Origin: Candidatus Multivoradales bacterium
GTDB taxonomy: Bacteria > Acidobacteriota > Thermoanaerobaculia > Multivoradales > JAHEKO01
Assembly: GCA_965248055.1 (NCBI GenBank)
Contig: CBDFIJ010000004.1
Location: 1,216,001-1,280,000 of the forward strand
Direction: 5' to 3'
DNA length: 64,000 nt
Shown here: positions 60,674 through 64,000 of the stretch, one piece after another
Position numbering within the stretch: position 1 is the first letter of the stretch
Layout of the letters: every line of letters begins with the position of its first letter
Made by a program: the position numbers and the translations under genes
The notes under the pieces: generated by a model
Database searches by the model: none
Told to the model about the DNA's origin: nothing
The model's input: only the letters and a program-made list of their open reading frames with translations

Positions 60674-61816
60674 TCATCCGGCAGTTCTTGCAAACTCATT
60701 GGCCAAGGAATACCAGTCATCGCGCATCGCCCGGAATCGAGTTCGCAGTGCTTGCAAATCCTCGCTGCCTTTGTTGACCACGTCCCCAGTGGAGCTTCGA
60801 ACGCGTTGCATCGCCATCCGGATTTCTAAGTGAGTCTTTTCTAGATGCTCTTCAATCTGACTCAGCTTTTGCCACAACGAAGCAGCTCGGGAACGCACGT
60901 CGCGCGACAACAACAGGCGCCGCACCTCCTGCAATCGAGCTAGTTCAATGGTTTCTTCGGGGGTGCGCCTTAGACGCCAGGCCCAACCAAACTTAGACAG
61001 CGTCCAAATGATCCACTTCCCAGGATCAAAGTGCCAGCCGCGGTATCCGTTGCGGTAGTCGGTCTGGAAGGTATGGTGAAAATTGTGGTACCCCTCGCCA
61101 AAGGTCAAGAATGCAACCAATCCGCTATCGCGCGAACTATCGCCAGAATTAAACGGCTGCCGCCCTAGGTAGTGGCAAAGCGAGTTGATGAAAAAGGTGC
61201 ACTGGTGGATCACCGCGATGCGCAAAAAGCCACCGACAAAGATGCCACTCATCAGCCCTGCTAGCAAGGGACGACCGGTAGCCAAGGCATAGCCCAAACC
61301 GATCAGCGTCGGTAGACCCAGCCCGATGGAAAACATCACCGCTGGGATATTGCGGTCCTGCCATTTGAGAAACGGATCTCTTTCGAGGTCCGCAACATTG
61401 GCTCTCGACAACTCGGGATCCCGGTAATGCAGCAACCAACCCATGTGGGCGTGGAAAAAACCCTTGGTGGCGTTGTAGGGATCATAGGGATCCCCCTCCT
61501 GATCGGTGTATTTGTGGTGATATCGATGCTCCGAAGCCCAGCCAATAACCGAGCCTTCAAAGGTCGCGGCACCCAACAACGCTGTGACCACCTTGACCGG
61601 AGAAACCGCGTCAAACGAACGATGGGCGAATAGCCGGTGGTAGCCGACGGTAATGGCAAGGCCAGTGGCATAACAGGCGACAACGAAAAATATGGTGTCG
61701 AAGGTTGTCCAGCCGAACAGGCTTACGTAGACCCAAGTGCCCACAATACCCAGGACGATACAGCTCAGCAAGAAAATCGTGGTTATCCAGTTAATCGCTC
61801 CGGGTCGTTGCTCCAT
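60674..61816 (-). CDS. Delta-9 acyl-CoA/acyl-lipid desaturase
   Basis: His boxes HRLFAH, HRYHH, HNFHH; INSLCH, GEG. Confidence 0.93.
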   Translation of the reverse strand: MEQRPGAINWITTIFLLSCIVLGIVGTWVYVSLFGWTTFDTIFFVVACYATGLAITVGYHRLFAHRSFDAVSPVKVVTALLGAATFEGSVIGWASEHRYHHKYTDQEGDPYDPYNATKGFFHAHMGWLLHYRDPELSRANVADLERDPFLKWQDRNIPAVMFSIGLGLPTLIGLGYALATGRPLLAGLMSGIFVGGFLRIAVIHQCTFFINSLCHYLGRQPFNSGDSSRDSGLVAFLTFGEGYHNFHHTFQTDYRNGYRGWHFDPGKWIIWTLSKFGWAWRLRRTPEETIELARLQEVRRLLLSRDVRSRAASLWQKLSQIEEHLEKTHLEIRMAMQRVRSSTGDVVNKGSEDLQALRTRFRAMRDDWYSLANEFARTAG

Positions 61817-61946
61817 GCTGTCGCTCCTTGGTTTGCTTAACCGGAATGGTCATCGCTGCAGTGATGTGACGCTACCATACCGGCGTTTGGTCAAGAAGCG
61901 GTTAAACTCTGACATTCTGGGCTAGGTTCAGGAAGGGGGGTTTCTT

Positions 61947-64000
61947 GTGTCTTTGGTCGGTCGCAAACTCGATAAGTTCGAAATCATTGAAGTCATAGGC
62001 CGTGGTGGCTTTGGCGAGGTCTATCGAGCCCACGATCAGCAACTGCGCCGCGAAGTCGCGATCAAAGTTCTTCCCTCGCAATTTTCTTCTGACCAAGCTG
62101 CTCGCGAGCGCTTTTTGCGCGAGGCCAGAGCTGCATCGCGCCTGAATCACCCGAACATCTGTACCGTCTATCAAGTCGGCGAGGAGGGCAACACGACCTT
62201 CATCGTCATGGAGTTGATCGACGGCAAGAATCTTTACGACCACATCGATGGCGCCCCGCTGCTGCTCGACGACTTTTTCCACATCGCGATTCAGATCGCC
62301 AAAGGGCTCGCCGACGCGCACCGCCGGGGCCTCGCACACCGCGATATCAAGAGCACCAACATCATGGTGCAACAGAATGAAGTGGTGAAAATACTGGACT
62401 TCGGTCTTGCACGAATGGCTCATACCGAAACCAGCGACGGTACAACCCATATCACCCAGGAAGGTTCCGTCCTTGGCACCATCGGCTATATGGCACCTGA
62501 GATCCTGTTGGGTAAGGAATCCGACTCCCGCGTCGACATCTTCAGTTTTGGAGTTCTATGCTACGAGTTGTTAACCGGAGACCTCCCGTTCAAGGGCAAA
62601 TCGGTCTACGAGACCGCCAATCAGATCTTGACCCAGGCCGATCGCGCGATTTCCAAGTTGCGCGAAGCGGCACCGAACGATCTCGCCAACTTGATCGCTG
62701 GCATGCTCGAACGAGACCCCGGCGATCGGGTACAAGAGATGGAGACCGCGCTAACGGTCCTGAAGCGGCTCGATGAAGAGAGACGATTGGTCGAGACTGC
62801 CGCTTATTCCGATCTCCGCGTTTTCGCCGAACAAATCGTCGCCAGTGGGCCGACCATGGCGGTACTGCCGTTTGGCAATCTGAGCCCTGACCCAGAAAAT
62901 GAGTTCTTTGCCGATGGGCTCACCGAAGAACTCACCACCGTACTGGCCAAGATCGAAGGGTTGTCGGTGGCCTCTCGAACTTCTGCCTTTGCGTTCAAAA
63001 ATCACGCTGGGGATGTACGCGAACTTGGCGAAACTCTGCACGTCGGTCACGTTTTGGAAGGAAGCGTGCGCCGGTTTGGCAACCGGGTGCGTATCTCTGC
63101 CCAATTGGTCAATACCGACAACGGCTATCAGAGTTGGTCTGGGGTGTTTGATCGCAAGATTGAAGACATCTTTGCTCTGCAGGATGAAATCGCCCGCACC
63201 ATCGCCCGGCAACTCAAGATCGAACTGGTTGGCCGCGATGAAAAACTGGTTGAGGCCAAGACCGACGACATTGAGGCCTACAACTCGTATCTCAAGGGTC
63301 GCTATTTCTGGAATCGGCGCTATGAGGCAGGGATCAAGCGGGGCATCGAGTTTTTCAAGCACGCCCTGGAATTAGACCGCGACTACCCTCTCCCCTACGC
63401 TGGTTTGGCTGATTCGTACAACATGTTGGCTTTCTACAGCTATGTTGACCCACAGCAAGGATTTCCGGCTGCCGAGCAAGCAGCTCGCAAGGCGCTTGAC
63501 CTAGATCCTTCGTTGGCTGAAGCCGAAGCTGCTCTCGGTTGGACAGCCTCTTTCTACCATCGGGACTGGCGGCAAGGCGCCAAGCACTTTCAGCGAGCAA
63601 TCGAGCTCAACCCTGAGTATGGCAACGCCTACTTTTGGTACTCATTCCTACTGGTGATCCAGGGCCGGATGCGCGAAAGCTTGGAGCAAGTTAAGAAGGC
63701 CCGAGCTCTAGATCCACTCTCGGCGATCGTCATGACCGGGACCGGATACTTGCTTTATTTCCACCACCAATTTGACGTGGCGATTGAAGAGGTCAACGCA
63801 GGGCTAGAGCTAGACCCCTCGTTTCCAGTGGCCGATCTCTTCTACTGCTGGAACCACTTTGGCAAGAAAGACTACGAGCGTGCCATGGCCCACGGTCTCA
63901 AATCAGTGGAAACAGTCCCGCTATCGACGACGCGCTCCATGCTTGGTTGTTCGATGGTTGGTGCTGGCCAGGTCCAGGAAGCGGAAGAGTTACTACACCA
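61947..64000 (+). CDS. Ser/Thr protein kinase with TolB-N-like and TPR domains, partial (runs off window end)
   Basis: Read manually from GTG 61947: IGRGGFGEVY, VAIK, HRDIKSTN, DFGLA, YMAPE, then AVLPFGNLS...FADGLTEE and TPRs. Absent from the ORF track. Confidence 0.92.
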   Translation, partial: MSLVGRKLDKFEIIEVIGRGGFGEVYRAHDQQLRREVAIKVLPSQFSSDQAARERFLREARAASRLNHPNICTVYQVGEEGNTTFIVMELIDGKNLYDHIDGAPLLLDDFFHIAIQIAKGLADAHRRGLAHRDIKSTNIMVQQNEVVKILDFGLARMAHTETSDGTTHITQEGSVLGTIGYMAPEILLGKESDSRVDIFSFGVLCYELLTGDLPFKGKSVYETANQILTQADRAISKLREAAPNDLANLIAGMLERDPGDRVQEMETALTVLKRLDEERRLVETAAYSDLRVFAEQIVASGPTMAVLPFGNLSPDPENEFFADGLTEELTTVLAKIEGLSVASRTSAFAFKNHAGDVRELGETLHVGHVLEGSVRRFGNRVRISAQLVNTDNGYQSWSGVFDRKIEDIFALQDEIARTIARQLKIELVGRDEKLVEAKTDDIEAYNSYLKGRYFWNRRYEAGIKRGIEFFKHALELDRDYPLPYAGLADSYNMLAFYSYVDPQQGFPAAEQAARKALDLDPSLAEAEAALGWTASFYHRDWRQGAKHFQRAIELNPEYGNAYFWYSFLLVIQGRMRESLEQVKKARALDPLSAIVMTGTGYLLYFHHQFDVAIEEVNAGLELDPSFPVADLFYCWNHFGKKDYERAMAHGLKSVETVPLSTTRSMLGCSMVGAGQVQEAEELLH

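Noticed and set aside
61902-63600. Track ORFs such as 61902..62450 and 62751..63362
   Set aside because: Antisense or off-frame shadows of the plus-strand Ser/Thr kinase that runs off the window.

Overview
A GC-rich (~60%) bacterial chromosomal window, densely coding, with about 58 CDS. VWA 'Acidobacterial'-type and TPR-kinase proteins suggest Acidobacteriota, but that is inference. No rRNA, tRNA or CRISPR array was seen. Housekeeping content includes a PsrA-like TetR with an RND efflux operon, an ABC-2/XRE operon, thyA/folA, a triple-lamin-tail extracellular nuclease, a BoxD/PaaN-type aldehyde dehydrogenase, mscL, a Rieske oxygenase, an SPFH/Arc/ZIP/HAD/mobA run, osmotic-stress genes, lipid enzymes and a Ser/Thr kinase. 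Five signals are hidden from or split by the ORF track. (1) Two selenoprotein genes with in-frame UGA and SECIS-like hairpins: selD (CG-U-AAK) and an exported peroxiredoxin-like protein (U-P-W-C). (2) A stand-alone ~300-nt minus-strand unit at ~41250-41580: structured leader, 15-nt perfect complement of the 16S 3' end, 14-codon ORF with an internal second SD, and an intrinsic terminator. This is the best candidate for an undescribed element. (3) A 2.6-kb integrase-less cassette flanked by a 134-bp duplication of the Rieske gene 3' end. (4) A 139-bp MITE flanked by CTAG. (5) Two real genes running off the window ends.
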